Of a DNA stretch of 64,000 nucleotides, positions 35,062-44,588 are shown one piece after another; within the stretch, counting starts at the first letter, position 1, and each line of letters begins with the position of its first letter. The position numbers and the translations under genes are program-made. Where the stretch lies: the NCBI GenBank assembly GCA_028870995.1, contig JAGWOI010000001.1, positions 26,273 through 90,272 on the forward strand. Direction: 5' to 3'. Below the pieces are notes generated by a model. The model made no database searches, was not told where the DNA came from, and saw only the letters and a program-made list of their open reading frames with translations. The DNA is from Candidatus Omnitrophota bacterium (GTDB lineage Bacteria > Omnitrophota > Gorgyraeia > Zapsychrales > Fredricksoniimonadaceae).

Positions 35062-36114
35062 CTACGACAGATAACTGGGGAATTTGGTGAATTCCCTGGC
35101 GTATTCCTTGGTGATGATGCCGTTTTTGATTAACCCGGAGAGGCATTGTTCAAAAGTGTACATGCCCTCATCACCGGCGGTCATTTGCCCCCGGAGCTCA
35201 AGAAAAGCCCCCCGGCGGATGATATTGCGCACCGACAGGGTGGGGATTAGGACTTCCGTGGCCAAAACCCTGGCTTCTTTGCCAGGCAAGGGGATCAAGA
35301 TTTGGCCGACAACAGCGATGAGATTTTCCGCCATCTGGACACGGATCTGGTCCTGCTTGCCCGGCGGATAAACGTCCAGGATGCGGTTGAGGGATTCCAC
35401 GGCGTCCGGCGCGTGCAGGGTGGTCAATACCAGATGGCCGGTCTCAGCGGTCGTCAGGGCCATGGAAATGGATTCCGCATCACGGATCTCACCGACGACC
35501 ACCACATCGGGGTCCTGGCGCAGGGCCGACTTCAAGGCGCTGGCAAAGGAACTTGTATTGGTGCCCACCTCGCGTTGGATGATCAGGCTCTTGTGAGAAT
35601 CGTGCACGTATTCTATGGGGTCTTCGATCATGACGATTTTAAACGGCCTGGCCCGGTTGATCCAGTCCACCATGAAATTCAATGTGGTGGTTTTTCCGCT
35701 GCCGGCGGAGCCGCAAATAATGATAAACCCTTTGCGCCGGTGCGCCAGTTTTTCGATGACCGGCGGCAGGCCCAGTTGCCTGGCCGTGGGGATAACGGTG
35801 GGAAGGATACGGATATTGGCCGCGGGCCGCCCCTTTTCAAAATGGGCGTTAACGCGGAAATTAAAATCTTTGACGCCGATATAAGAAAGGTCCATGTCCT
35901 GGACCTCCATAAACATCTTGCGCTGGCTGTCGGTCATCATATCGAACAGGAGGTTCATGATATCTTCAGATTTTAACGGCGGCAGTTCGGAGGGGCGCAA
36001 TTCGCCGTGAATCCGGAATACGGGGCAACGGCCGGCCACCAGGTGGATATCGGACGCCTGGCGTTCAATGGCTTTTTGCAGCAGGGGTACAATCTTGGTG
36101 TAATCCATAGCCAT
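35062..36114 (-). CDS. pilT: PilT/PilU-family type IV pilus retraction ATPase
   Basis: ASDIHL, GSAGSGKTT, IEDPIE, ALRQDPDVVVVGEIRD, ETGHLVLTTLH. Confidence 0.9.
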   Translation of the reverse strand: MAMDYTKIVPLLQKAIERQASDIHLVAGRCPVFRIHGELRPSELPPLKSEDIMNLLFDMMTDSQRKMFMEVQDMDLSYIGVKDFNFRVNAHFEKGRPAANIRILPTVIPTARQLGLPPVIEKLAHRRKGFIIICGSAGSGKTTTLNFMVDWINRARPFKIVMIEDPIEYVHDSHKSLIIQREVGTNTSSFASALKSALRQDPDVVVVGEIRDAESISMALTTAETGHLVLTTLHAPDAVESLNRILDVYPPGKQDQIRVQMAENLIAVVGQILIPLPGKEARVLATEVLIPTLSVRNIIRRGAFLELRGQMTAGDEGMYTFEQCLSGLIKNGIITKEYAREFTKFPSYLS

Positions 36115-36186
36115 AAGTTTACCATATAAATAAGGTTAAATACCATAAAGACGGGGTTAAGAGATGGTTAAGGCTAAAGCCTCTGG

Positions 36187-36215
36187 TTGACATTCCACAA
36201 AGCTGCCTTTATAAT
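36187..36215 (+). promoter_or_regulatory. Consensus sigma70 promoter upstream of hisC
   Basis: TTGACA-17 bp-TATAAT, exact consensus. Confidence 0.8.
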
Positions 36216-36252
36216 GCTCTGTCTTATTTTAATCTAGAATAAAGGTAGCGTC

Positions 36253-37335
36253 ATGCAGGTAGTTCATCCATATATTTTTAAGACCAAACCGTATGTGCCG
36301 GGCAAACCCATTGATGAAGTCAAGCGGGAGCTTGGCCTTAAAAACGTTATTAAGCTGGCCTCCAACGAGAATCCCTATCCGCCGTCCCCTAAGGTTTTGG
36401 CAGCATTAAATCAGGCGGCCCGGGAAGTCAACCGTTATCCGGACGGAGGCTGTTTTAATTTGCGCCGCAGCCTGGCCAAGAAACTTAAGGTGGATGAGGA
36501 TCAGTTGATCTTTGGCAACGGCTCGGATGAAATCATTTGCCTGGCTGTTAAAGCCTTTGCTGCCAAAGGTTATGATATTATCATCGCCAGGCCCTCGTTC
36601 TTGGTTTATGAAATCGCCTCGACCCTGGCAGGGGCGCGGGTGCACCAGGTTCCCCTTAAAGGTTTCCGGTATGACTTGGAAGCTATGAGGGCCAAGGTCA
36701 ATGGCCGCACCAAAATCATCTTTATCGGCAATCCGGATAACCCGGCCGGGACTTACATTAACCAGACCCAGGCCGAAGCATTCATGCGGTCGGTGCCTAA
36801 GGATGTACTGGTTTTCTTTGATGAGGCTTATTTTGAATACGTCCAGGCCAGGGATTATCCTGATACCTTGAGTTTGATGAATAAGCATTCCAATCTGATG
36901 GTGTCCAGGACCTTTTCCAAAATGTATGGATTGGCCGGATTGCGTATCGGTTATGGGATCGCCCATCCGGAGATCATTGATATTTTAAACCGCCTGCGCG
37001 AACCATTTAACGTCAACAGCCTGGCCCAGGCCGCGGCGACGGCGGTATTGGCCGACGGCACCTATTACCGTAACATCGCCAGGGAAATCAGCAGTCAGCG
37101 TGCCTTTCTTTACCGCAGCCTTGACCGTTTGAATATCCCTTATGAACAAAGTTTTACCAATTTTATTCTGGTGAATGTAGGAGCAGACAGCAGTCATGTG
37201 GCCGGCGCTCTTCTTAAGAAGGGCATTATCGTCCGTGACATGGCGGTGTGGGGGCTCCAAGGCTACATTCGGGTTTCGATCGGAAGCCCTGCAGAAAATA
37301 AACGTTTTATTAAAACCTTAGGAGAAATCGTATGA
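36253..37335 (+). CDS. hisC: Histidinol-phosphate aminotransferase
   Basis: [43 protein letters not shown]. Confidence 0.95.
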   Translation: MQVVHPYIFKTKPYVPGKPIDEVKRELGLKNVIKLASNENPYPPSPKVLAALNQAAREVNRYPDGGCFNLRRSLAKKLKVDEDQLIFGNGSDEIICLAVKAFAAKGYDIIIARPSFLVYEIASTLAGARVHQVPLKGFRYDLEAMRAKVNGRTKIIFIGNPDNPAGTYINQTQAEAFMRSVPKDVLVFFDEAYFEYVQARDYPDTLSLMNKHSNLMVSRTFSKMYGLAGLRIGYGIAHPEIIDILNRLREPFNVNSLAQAAATAVLADGTYYRNIAREISSQRAFLYRSLDRLNIPYEQSFTNFILVNVGADSSHVAGALLKKGIIVRDMAVWGLQGYIRVSIGSPAENKRFIKTLGEIV

Positions 37336-38348
37336 TCGTGATTTTACGCTCGGACGCCACTGAGGAGAACGTCCAGCATATCGTTGAGCGCGCCGGCAAG
37401 CTGGGATTGAAGGCGAATATTTCGCGGGGCGTGGAGCGCACCGTGATCGGTTTTATCGGGCCTGAAGATGCCTTACGGGTCATTCCCTTGGAAGTTTTTC
37501 CGGGAGTTGAGCAGGTCATGCAGGTGCTGGCCCCTTACAAACTGGTCTCCCGGGAGTTCAAGAAAGAAAATACGGTCATCAAACTTCCCTATAATATTTC
37601 CGTCGGGGACAAAAAGATCGCGGTGATGGCCGGGCCTTGCTCCATCGAAGGTTATGAAGGCCTGTTGTCCATTGCCAAGCTGGTCAAAGTCCTGGGGGCT
37701 AATATCCTGCGCGGAGGTGCCTTTAAACCGCGGACGTCGCCCTACGATTTCCAGGGCCTGGGTGAAGAGGGCCTGAAAATACTTCAGGCGGTGGGCAAGG
37801 AGGTTGGTATCTGCACGATTTCGGAGGTGATGGATACCCGCCAGGTGGATTTGGTTGCCAAATACGTCGATGTGCTGCAGATCGGCGCCCGCAATATGCA
37901 GAACTTTTCGTTATTGAAAGAAGTCGGATTGACCAAGAAGCCGGTGATGCTCAAGCGCGGAATGAGCGGCACCATCAAAGAGTGGCTGATGTCCGCCGAA
38001 TACCTGCTGGCCAACGGCAATTTTGATGTCATGCTTTGCGAGCGCGGCATCCGCACCTTTGAGACCGCCACCCGCAACACCCTCGACATCAATGCCGTGC
38101 CCGTGGCCAAGCGCCTGACGCATTTGCCCGTGGTGGTTGATCCCAGCCACGGCACCGGATCGTGGGAATATGTGGCCGCGGGAGCCCGTGCCGGTATTGC
38201 TGCCGGCTGCGACGCCTTGATGGTGGAGGTGCATGATAATCCCGAAGAAGCCCTGTCCGACGGAGCGCAATCGCTGATGCCGGATAAGTTTTCGGAGTTG
38301 ATGGAAGGATGCAAGCGGGTAGCCAAGGCCGTGGACAGAGACCTTTAA
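37332..38348 (+). CDS. aroF: DAHP synthase (type I-beta with N-terminal regulatory domain)
   Basis: [46 protein letters not shown]. Confidence 0.95.
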   Translation: MIVILRSDATEENVQHIVERAGKLGLKANISRGVERTVIGFIGPEDALRVIPLEVFPGVEQVMQVLAPYKLVSREFKKENTVIKLPYNISVGDKKIAVMAGPCSIEGYEGLLSIAKLVKVLGANILRGGAFKPRTSPYDFQGLGEEGLKILQAVGKEVGICTISEVMDTRQVDLVAKYVDVLQIGARNMQNFSLLKEVGLTKKPVMLKRGMSGTIKEWLMSAEYLLANGNFDVMLCERGIRTFETATRNTLDINAVPVAKRLTHLPVVVDPSHGTGSWEYVAAGARAGIAAGCDALMVEVHDNPEEALSDGAQSLMPDKFSELMEGCKRVAKAVDRDL

Positions 38349-38358
38349 GGATAATCTT

Positions 38359-39213
38359 ATGTTTAATCGCAAAGAGCTTTTTAGAAGGGTTGCCATTGTA
38401 GGGGTGGGTTTCATGGGAGCTTCCTTGGGGCTGGCCGTTAAAAAGAAAGGCCTGGCCCGGGAAGTGATCGGCGTCGGCCGCCACGAGGCGGCGCTCAAAC
38501 AGGCCAAGGATCTGGGCGCCATCGACGAGTGGACCCTGGATTTTACCAAGGGGATCATCGGTGCCGATCTGATCATCCTGGCCACGCCGGTCAATACCAT
38601 CCTGGATTTCATCGAAATATTAGGCAAGCAGCACCGGCGAAACTGCATTATCACGGATTTGGGCTCGACCAAAAGCACCATCGTCGAGCGGGCTGAGAAG
38701 GTGCTGCATCACTCGGTGTTGTTTGTGGGTTCGCACCCGCTGGTCGGTTCGGAGAAAAAAGGGCCTGCCCATGCCAATGCCCAGCTTTATGAGGGCGGCG
38801 TGTGCGTAATGACACCAACGGACAAGACCAACCGCCTGGCCCGTGAAAAGATCAGGCAATTTTGGGTGCAATTGGGTTCGAACGTCAAATTGATGAAGCC
38901 CCAGGAGCATGATGAGGTCCTGGCCTACATCAGCCACCTGCCCCATTTGCTGGCCTTTGCCCTGATGAAGGCCATGCCGGACAATTTTTTGGAGTATGCC
39001 CCCCAGGGGCTTAAGGACACCACCCGGGTCGCGGCCTCGGACCCGGACATGTGGCGGGATATCGCCCTGACCAATCACAAGCCTATCCTCAAGGCCCTTG
39101 ATGATACCGTTAAGATATTGGCAGCGATGCGCAAAGCCATCGTGGGCCGCGACGCGGAGGTTTTGACGGACATTCTTAAAACAGCAAAGGACAAACGCAG
39201 ACGTTTGGATTAA
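38359..39213 (+). CDS. tyrA: Prephenate/arogenate dehydrogenase
   Basis: GVGFMGAS, TDLGSTK, SHPLVGSE, HD..LAYISHLPH, DTTRVA. Confidence 0.93.
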   Translation: MFNRKELFRRVAIVGVGFMGASLGLAVKKKGLAREVIGVGRHEAALKQAKDLGAIDEWTLDFTKGIIGADLIILATPVNTILDFIEILGKQHRRNCIITDLGSTKSTIVERAEKVLHHSVLFVGSHPLVGSEKKGPAHANAQLYEGGVCVMTPTDKTNRLAREKIRQFWVQLGSNVKLMKPQEHDEVLAYISHLPHLLAFALMKAMPDNFLEYAPQGLKDTTRVAASDPDMWRDIALTNHKPILKALDDTVKILAAMRKAIVGRDAEVLTDILKTAKDKRRRLD

Positions 39214-39216
39214 ATT

Positions 39217-39888
39217 ATGCCCGTTAAACATTTGGTGATCACTTTAGACGGACCTGCCGGCGCAGGGAAAAGCACGGTGGCCAAGGCCCTGGCCAAGCGT
39301 TTGGGGATTTCTTACTTGGACACCGGCGCCATGTACCGCGCCCTGACCCTCAAGGCCCTGCGGCTGAACATGGACCTTTCCGACGAAGAGGCCCTGACGG
39401 AACTTGCCCGCCGGACAAGGATCGATTTTAAGGAAATGCCCGACGGTTCTTTGAATGTCACCCTGGACGGCGAGGACGTCTCCATGGAAATCCGCACGAT
39501 CGAGGTGACCAACAACACGCACTATGCCGCCAAAACTCCGGGAGTCAGAAGCCTGATGGTGGCCTGGCAGAGGGCCATAGGTCTGGCCCGTTCGGTGGTG
39601 ACCGACGGCCGCGACCAGGGCACGGTGGTCTTTACCGACGCCAGGTATAAGTTTTATGTCGACGCCGATGTTGAGGAGCGCGTTGGGCGCCGCTACCGGG
39701 AATTGATTGCCGCCGGCAAGCAGGTTGATCTGGAACAATTACGGGCCGACATGAAGGACCGTGACCAGAAGGATTTTAACCGCGCCGTAGGCCCTTTAAA
39801 AAAAGCCCCTGATGCCGTCACTGTTGACTCCACCGGTTTGACAGTCGAGGGCACGGTTGACAAGATCATGCGGTTGATTCAGCTTTGA
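39217..39888 (+). CDS. cmk: Cytidylate kinase
   Basis: LDGPAGAGKST, LDTGAMYRA, DGRDQGTVVF. Confidence 0.95.
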   Translation: MPVKHLVITLDGPAGAGKSTVAKALAKRLGISYLDTGAMYRALTLKALRLNMDLSDEEALTELARRTRIDFKEMPDGSLNVTLDGEDVSMEIRTIEVTNNTHYAAKTPGVRSLMVAWQRAIGLARSVVTDGRDQGTVVFTDARYKFYVDADVEERVGRRYRELIAAGKQVDLEQLRADMKDRDQKDFNRAVGPLKKAPDAVTVDSTGLTVEGTVDKIMRLIQL

Positions 39889-40004
39889 GCCGTGAGCGGT
39901 TTTTGGAAACAAAATTTCCCTGTCATTCATGAAGAACATCCATAATTTTTCCATCAATATTCCCTATTTCTTGCTTGTCGAAAGGGTGCTTTAAAGCGAA
40001 CGGT

Positions 40005-41789
40005 ATGAAAAATATCAGGAATTTCTCCATAATAGCACATATTGATCATGGCAAGTCCACCCTAGCGGACAGGTTTCTGCTCTTTGCCGGCGCCATCGAC
40101 GAGCGTAAGTTCCACAACCAGATGCTGGACGATATGGACCTTGAACGTGAGCGCGGGATCACCATTAAAGCCTCGGCGGTGCGTCTGAATTATAAGGCCA
40201 AGGACGGGCAGGACTACATTTTTAACCTCATCGACACGCCGGGGCATGTGGATTTTTCCTATGAAGTGGAAAAGTCCCTGCGCGCCTGTGAAGGCGCGCT
40301 GCTTTTGATCGACGTCACCCAGGGGGTCGAGTCGCAGACCATTGCCAATTACTACCTGGCCATCGACAATAACCTGGAAATCCTCCCGGTCATCAACAAG
40401 ATCGACATCGCCAATGCCGACATTGACGAAGCCAGGCGGCAGTTTGTCGAGATCCTGAAGTTCAAAGCCGACGACATCCAGATGGTTTCGGCCAAGGAAG
40501 GCATCAATATCGACGGGCTTTTTGAGAAGATCGTGAAATTCATCCCGGCTCCGGAAGGCGATCCCAAGGCGCCCTTGAAGGCCCTGATCTTCGACATGAA
40601 ATATGACATTTACAAGGGCATCATCATCTATATCCGCGTTCTTGACGGTACCATTTCCCCCGGCGTGCGCATCCGTTTCATGAACGTGGCCAAAGAGTTC
40701 GATGTGCAGGAGACGGGCATTTTTGCCCCAGCGATCCAGCCGGGCAAGGGGCTCTCTGCCGGTGAAGTCGGGTATATCACCTGCAACCTGCATGACCCCA
40801 AGGAAGTGCGCGTCGGCGACACCATCACCGAGGTGGCCAGGCCGACGGCCCACCCGCTGGAAGGTTACCGCCAGTTAAAGCCTTTGGTTTTTTGCGGCGT
40901 CTATCCGGTCAACGCGTCGGATTACGCGGGGCTGCGCGAAGCCATCGATAAATTACGTCTTTCCGATCCCAGCTTTGTTTATGAACATGAAAATTCTCAG
41001 TCTTTTGGCTATGGATTCCGCTGCGGTTTCTTGGGGCTTTTGCACATGGAGATCGTCCAGGAGCGTCTGGAACGCGAATACGATTTGAATCTGATCCTCA
41101 CCACCCCCAATGTCGGCTATAAGGTGGTCAAGCGCGACGGCTCGGTCATGGAACTGGAGAACCCTTCAGACCTGCCCAACGGTTCCGAAATTTCCCGTAT
41201 GGAAGAACCAGTCCTGGCCGTTTCCATCTTTACGCCTGTCACCACCATGGATGCCGTTATGGAACTGGCCAAACGCAAACGGGGGGTCTTCCAAAAAAGT
41301 GAATTTGTCGGCGACCGCATGAAGATCATTTTTGATATCCCGCTCTCCGAGGTTATTGTGGATTTCAATGACATGATCAAATCCGCCACCCGCGGGTACG
41401 GTTCCATTGATTATGAATTCAAGGAGTATGTGCAGGCCTCCATCACCCGCCTGGACATCCTGATCAACGACGAGGCCTGCGACGCATTTTCCTGTATGGT
41501 GCACAAGGAACGTGCCTATGAAAAGGGACTGGCCCTGGTTACCAAGCTTAAAGAGCTTATCCCCCAGCAGCTCTTCGAGGTGCGCATCCAGGCCCAGGCT
41601 GACGGCAGGATCATTTCATCGGCCCGCGTCAAGCCGGCCGGCAAGAATGTCACCGCCAAATGTTACGGCGGCGACATCACCCGTAAACGCAAATTATGGG
41701 AAAAACAGAAGGAAGGTAAGAAAAAACTCAAGCAAATCGGCAGGGTGGAAGTGCCTCAGGAGGCCTTCTTAGCCGCGCTGAAAATCTAA
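40005..41789 (+). CDS. lepA: Elongation factor 4
   Basis: IRNFSIIAHIDHGKSTLADR, GFRCGFLGLLH, KCYGGDITRKRKL; ATG at 40005. Confidence 0.97.
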   Translation: MKNIRNFSIIAHIDHGKSTLADRFLLFAGAIDERKFHNQMLDDMDLERERGITIKASAVRLNYKAKDGQDYIFNLIDTPGHVDFSYEVEKSLRACEGALLLIDVTQGVESQTIANYYLAIDNNLEILPVINKIDIANADIDEARRQFVEILKFKADDIQMVSAKEGINIDGLFEKIVKFIPAPEGDPKAPLKALIFDMKYDIYKGIIIYIRVLDGTISPGVRIRFMNVAKEFDVQETGIFAPAIQPGKGLSAGEVGYITCNLHDPKEVRVGDTITEVARPTAHPLEGYRQLKPLVFCGVYPVNASDYAGLREAIDKLRLSDPSFVYEHENSQSFGYGFRCGFLGLLHMEIVQERLEREYDLNLILTTPNVGYKVVKRDGSVMELENPSDLPNGSEISRMEEPVLAVSIFTPVTTMDAVMELAKRKRGVFQKSEFVGDRMKIIFDIPLSEVIVDFNDMIKSATRGYGSIDYEFKEYVQASITRLDILINDEACDAFSCMVHKERAYEKGLALVTKLKELIPQQLFEVRIQAQADGRIISSARVKPAGKNVTAKCYGGDITRKRKLWEKQKEGKKKLKQIGRVEVPQEAFLAALKI

Positions 41790-41804
41790 GGACAGAAAAG
41801 ATCT

Positions 41805-42467
41805 ATGCCTAAAAACAAAAAGCCGAAATCAGCCGTACGCGAGTGGGTGGAATCCATCCTTATTGCTTTTGTATTGGCCGTGTTCATCCGCAGCTACTTT
41901 CTTCAACCCTTTAAAATCCCCAGCGGTTCCATGATCCCCACCCTTATTGTGGGGGACCATCTATTTGTGGACAAATGGACCTATGGGCCGCAGATCCTGC
42001 CGCCCATGTATTGGGACATCGGCGGACAGAACGGCCAGCCGCCGCTGTTGTCCATCCGCTGGCCCCAGAAACTGTTATCCTTGACCAAGCAGCGCCTGCC
42101 CGGCTTCAGGAAACCGCAGACGGGGGACATCATCGTTTTTGTTTATCCCCTTGATCCCACCAAGGACTTTATCAAGCGATTGATCGCGGTAGGCGGTGAG
42201 ACCGTTGAAATCAGGGACGGAAGTGTCTATATCAACGGCAAGAAGGTAACGGACCCGAGGATCACCAAGACCCATTATTTGAACCGGGGCGATTACGGAG
42301 CCGAAGGGGAAGTGGTGCGCGTGCCTCCCGGATATGTGTTCGTGATGGGGGACAATACCGCCTCCAGCTATGACAGCCGTTATTGGGGTTTTGTCCCCGA
42401 GGCCAATATTATCGGCAAGGCGGACGTTCTTTTCTGGCCCCTGAACCGCATCGGGATATTACGATGA
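41805..42467 (+). CDS. lepB: Signal peptidase I
   Basis: IPSGSMIPTL, FIKRLI, MGDN..SYDSRYWG. Confidence 0.95.
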   Translation: MPKNKKPKSAVREWVESILIAFVLAVFIRSYFLQPFKIPSGSMIPTLIVGDHLFVDKWTYGPQILPPMYWDIGGQNGQPPLLSIRWPQKLLSLTKQRLPGFRKPQTGDIIVFVYPLDPTKDFIKRLIAVGGETVEIRDGSVYINGKKVTDPRITKTHYLNRGDYGAEGEVVRVPPGYVFVMGDNTASSYDSRYWGFVPEANIIGKADVLFWPLNRIGILR

Positions 42468-42811
42468 GAAAGAAGTATTTATTGGCGCCGGGTCTTGTTG
42501 TCCTGGCCGCCGCTCTGGCCGGCTGCCAGACAGCGCCGCGTAAGGCCGCGGCAGCGCCCCGTGAGGAGACCGTATCGGCCTTGACCACCGTGACTGAGGG
42601 GTTGACCAATCAGCCCGTGACCCAGGCGCAGTTTAAAAATCTGGCCCGACAGGTGGCCAAGGATCCCCAGGCGCGGTCGGCCTTGCGTTCCATCAATTCA
42701 GCTCTGGCTCCCGAGCACACCGTCAAGTATTGCCCGGAAGATGGGAAACGTTTCAGCCCGGACATGATCTGGTGCCCGGACCATAAAGTCAAACTCGAAT
42801 GGGTGGAGTAG
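42464..42811 (+). CDS. Lipoprotein with C-terminal CPxD...CPxH motif
   Basis: Lipobox LAGC; ATGA overlap with lepB; YCPEDGKRFSP...CPDH. Confidence 0.75.
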   Translation: MRKKYLLAPGLVVLAAALAGCQTAPRKAAAAPREETVSALTTVTEGLTNQPVTQAQFKNLARQVAKDPQARSALRSINSALAPEHTVKYCPEDGKRFSPDMIWCPDHKVKLEWVE

Positions 42812-42824
42812 GTGTTCTGGTAAA

Positions 42825-43394
42825 ATGGCCCTGACCTTTGCCAACAAAGTTACCGTAGGCCGGATCCTGATCGTCCCGTTTTTCATCGCCACGGTCATGT
42901 ACATTTCTCCCCGGCACGCATCGTTGCGCTGGTTGGCCCTGGGGCTGTTTCTGGTGGCCGTCATTTCCGATATCATCGACGGCTATATCGCCCGGACCCA
43001 CGGGCAGAAAACCCGTGCCGGCGCCATCCTCGATCCTTTGGCGGACAAGATGCTGCTGATCAGCGCTTTCATCTGCCTGTATATCAGGAGGGGGTATTTT
43101 ACCGATATCCATTTTCCTTTATGGTTTGTGGTGGGCATTATCAGCCGCGATGTGATACTATTGCTTGGCTCCATGATCATTCAGCTTGTCACCGGTAAAT
43201 TGGAGATCGAGGCCAATCAGGCCGGCAAGTTTACGGCGTTTTTGCAGATCGTCTGCATCCTTGGCGTCCTGCTGCAATTGAAATTCACCTTTGTATTCTG
43301 GTACGTGGCCCTGGTGGCCACCGTTGTTTCCGGCGTTATCTATATTAAGGAAGGGATCAAAGCCATCAATGAATCCGCTGTTTCTGGTCATTAG
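42825..43394 (+). CDS. pgsA: CDP-alcohol phosphatidyltransferase (PgsA-like)
   Basis: ANKVTVGR, DIIDGYIAR...GAILDPLADK. Confidence 0.85.
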   Translation: MALTFANKVTVGRILIVPFFIATVMYISPRHASLRWLALGLFLVAVISDIIDGYIARTHGQKTRAGAILDPLADKMLLISAFICLYIRRGYFTDIHFPLWFVVGIISRDVILLLGSMIIQLVTGKLEIEANQAGKFTAFLQIVCILGVLLQLKFTFVFWYVALVATVVSGVIYIKEGIKAINESAVSGH

Positions 43395-44004
43395 TGCCGT
43401 ACTTGCCTATTGTATAGGCTCAATTCCGGTGGCCTACATTTTCGGCCGCCTGCTCAAGAATATCGACATCCGCGAGCACGGTTCCGGGAATATGGGGGCC
43501 ACCAATGCCTTCCGGGTTTTAGGCAAAGGTCCGGGAACGGCCGTCCTGGTGCTTGATATCATCAAAGGCATTGTCCCGGTAACTGTTTTGGCCAGCGCCT
43601 TTGGTTTAAGCGACCCTTTATCACTGGTTATTATTGCCGTGGCCGCGGTGGCCGGGCATAACTGGACCATGTTCCTGGGATTTAAGGGCGGCAAGGGCAT
43701 GGCCACAAGCCTGGGAGTTTTGATCGGTCTGGCCGTTCAATTGCCCGGCCTCAGGATCATTTTGGGAGCAGCCACCCTGGTGTGGCTGGTGTTGTTCCTG
43801 GCCACCGGTTTTGTCTCCCTGGCTTCGATCGCTGCGGCTGTTTCCTTACCTATTCTTATGGTGGTTTATGAAGCGCCCTTTGCCATGAAGGTCATGGCCA
43901 TCGTCTTGTGTATTGTCATCGTTTTCCGCCACCGCCCCAACATCAAGAGACTCGCCAAAGGCCAGGAAAACCGTGTCCAGATTTTCCGCAAACGCTCTTT
44001 CTAG
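43369..44004 (+). CDS. plsY: Glycerol-3-phosphate acyltransferase
   Basis: YCIGSIP, GSGNMGATNAFR, GHNW, FKGGKGMAT, RHRPNIKRL; ATG at 43369. Confidence 0.95.
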   Translation: MNPLFLVISAVLAYCIGSIPVAYIFGRLLKNIDIREHGSGNMGATNAFRVLGKGPGTAVLVLDIIKGIVPVTVLASAFGLSDPLSLVIIAVAAVAGHNWTMFLGFKGGKGMATSLGVLIGLAVQLPGLRIILGAATLVWLVLFLATGFVSLASIAAAVSLPILMVVYEAPFAMKVMAIVLCIVIVFRHRPNIKRLAKGQENRVQIFRKRSF

Positions 44005-44195
44005 CATCCTTTCTGTTATTCCATTTTCTTAAAAATCTCACAGACCAGCAAACACCCCTCGTTACCTCCCGACGGGAACACCTTCAGAAAGCGCTTTCTC
44101 AAAAGCCTTCCGGTGACCTTGTTTTCATAAGGGTGCGTGGTACACTTCAATTAAGAGGCCATAGCAGGTTGGAAACAGGAGAGGGAGAATTTCAA

Positions 44196-44588
44196 ATGGA
44201 TTTTGACGATATGATGTTAACAGGCAAGGAATCGCCTATGCGCGACATTACCCATAAACAGACCGCAATCTTGGATGGCCGGGGCAAGGTGATCACCTTG
44301 CGCGAACATACCGATGAAAAAGAGTGCGTCACGGACGTGCGTAAGAATTTCATTTATGTGGCTGCTGAAGTGCCTATGGAAGAAAGGCCGGCGGCGCCGA
44401 AGGTGTATATCAAGAAATCTTTCGACAGTGTCACCCGCGATGAGAAGTTTTTCTTCCGGGTCAAAGGCATCCTGTATGTCAATCATTGCCGGCGCGTCAT
44501 GCAGGTGGCGTATTGTCATACGCTCAGGATCAATTTGCACTGGAAAGTCAAGACATCGACTCCCAAGAAGACCGTGACTATGGCCTAG
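44196..44588 (+). CDS. Hypothetical protein, 130 aa
   Basis: ATG 44196 follows a GAGGGAG RBS and fills the gap; no recognised domain. Confidence 0.6.
   Translation: MDFDDMMLTGKESPMRDITHKQTAILDGRGKVITLREHTDEKECVTDVRKNFIYVAAEVPMEERPAAPKVYIKKSFDSVTRDEKFFFRVKGILYVNHCRRVMQVAYCHTLRINLHWKVKTSTPKKTVTMA

Noticed and set aside
43908-44195. Upstream extension of the 226-aa ORF
   Set aside because: Overlaps plsY and a promoter-like spacer; a strong RBS supports ATG 44196
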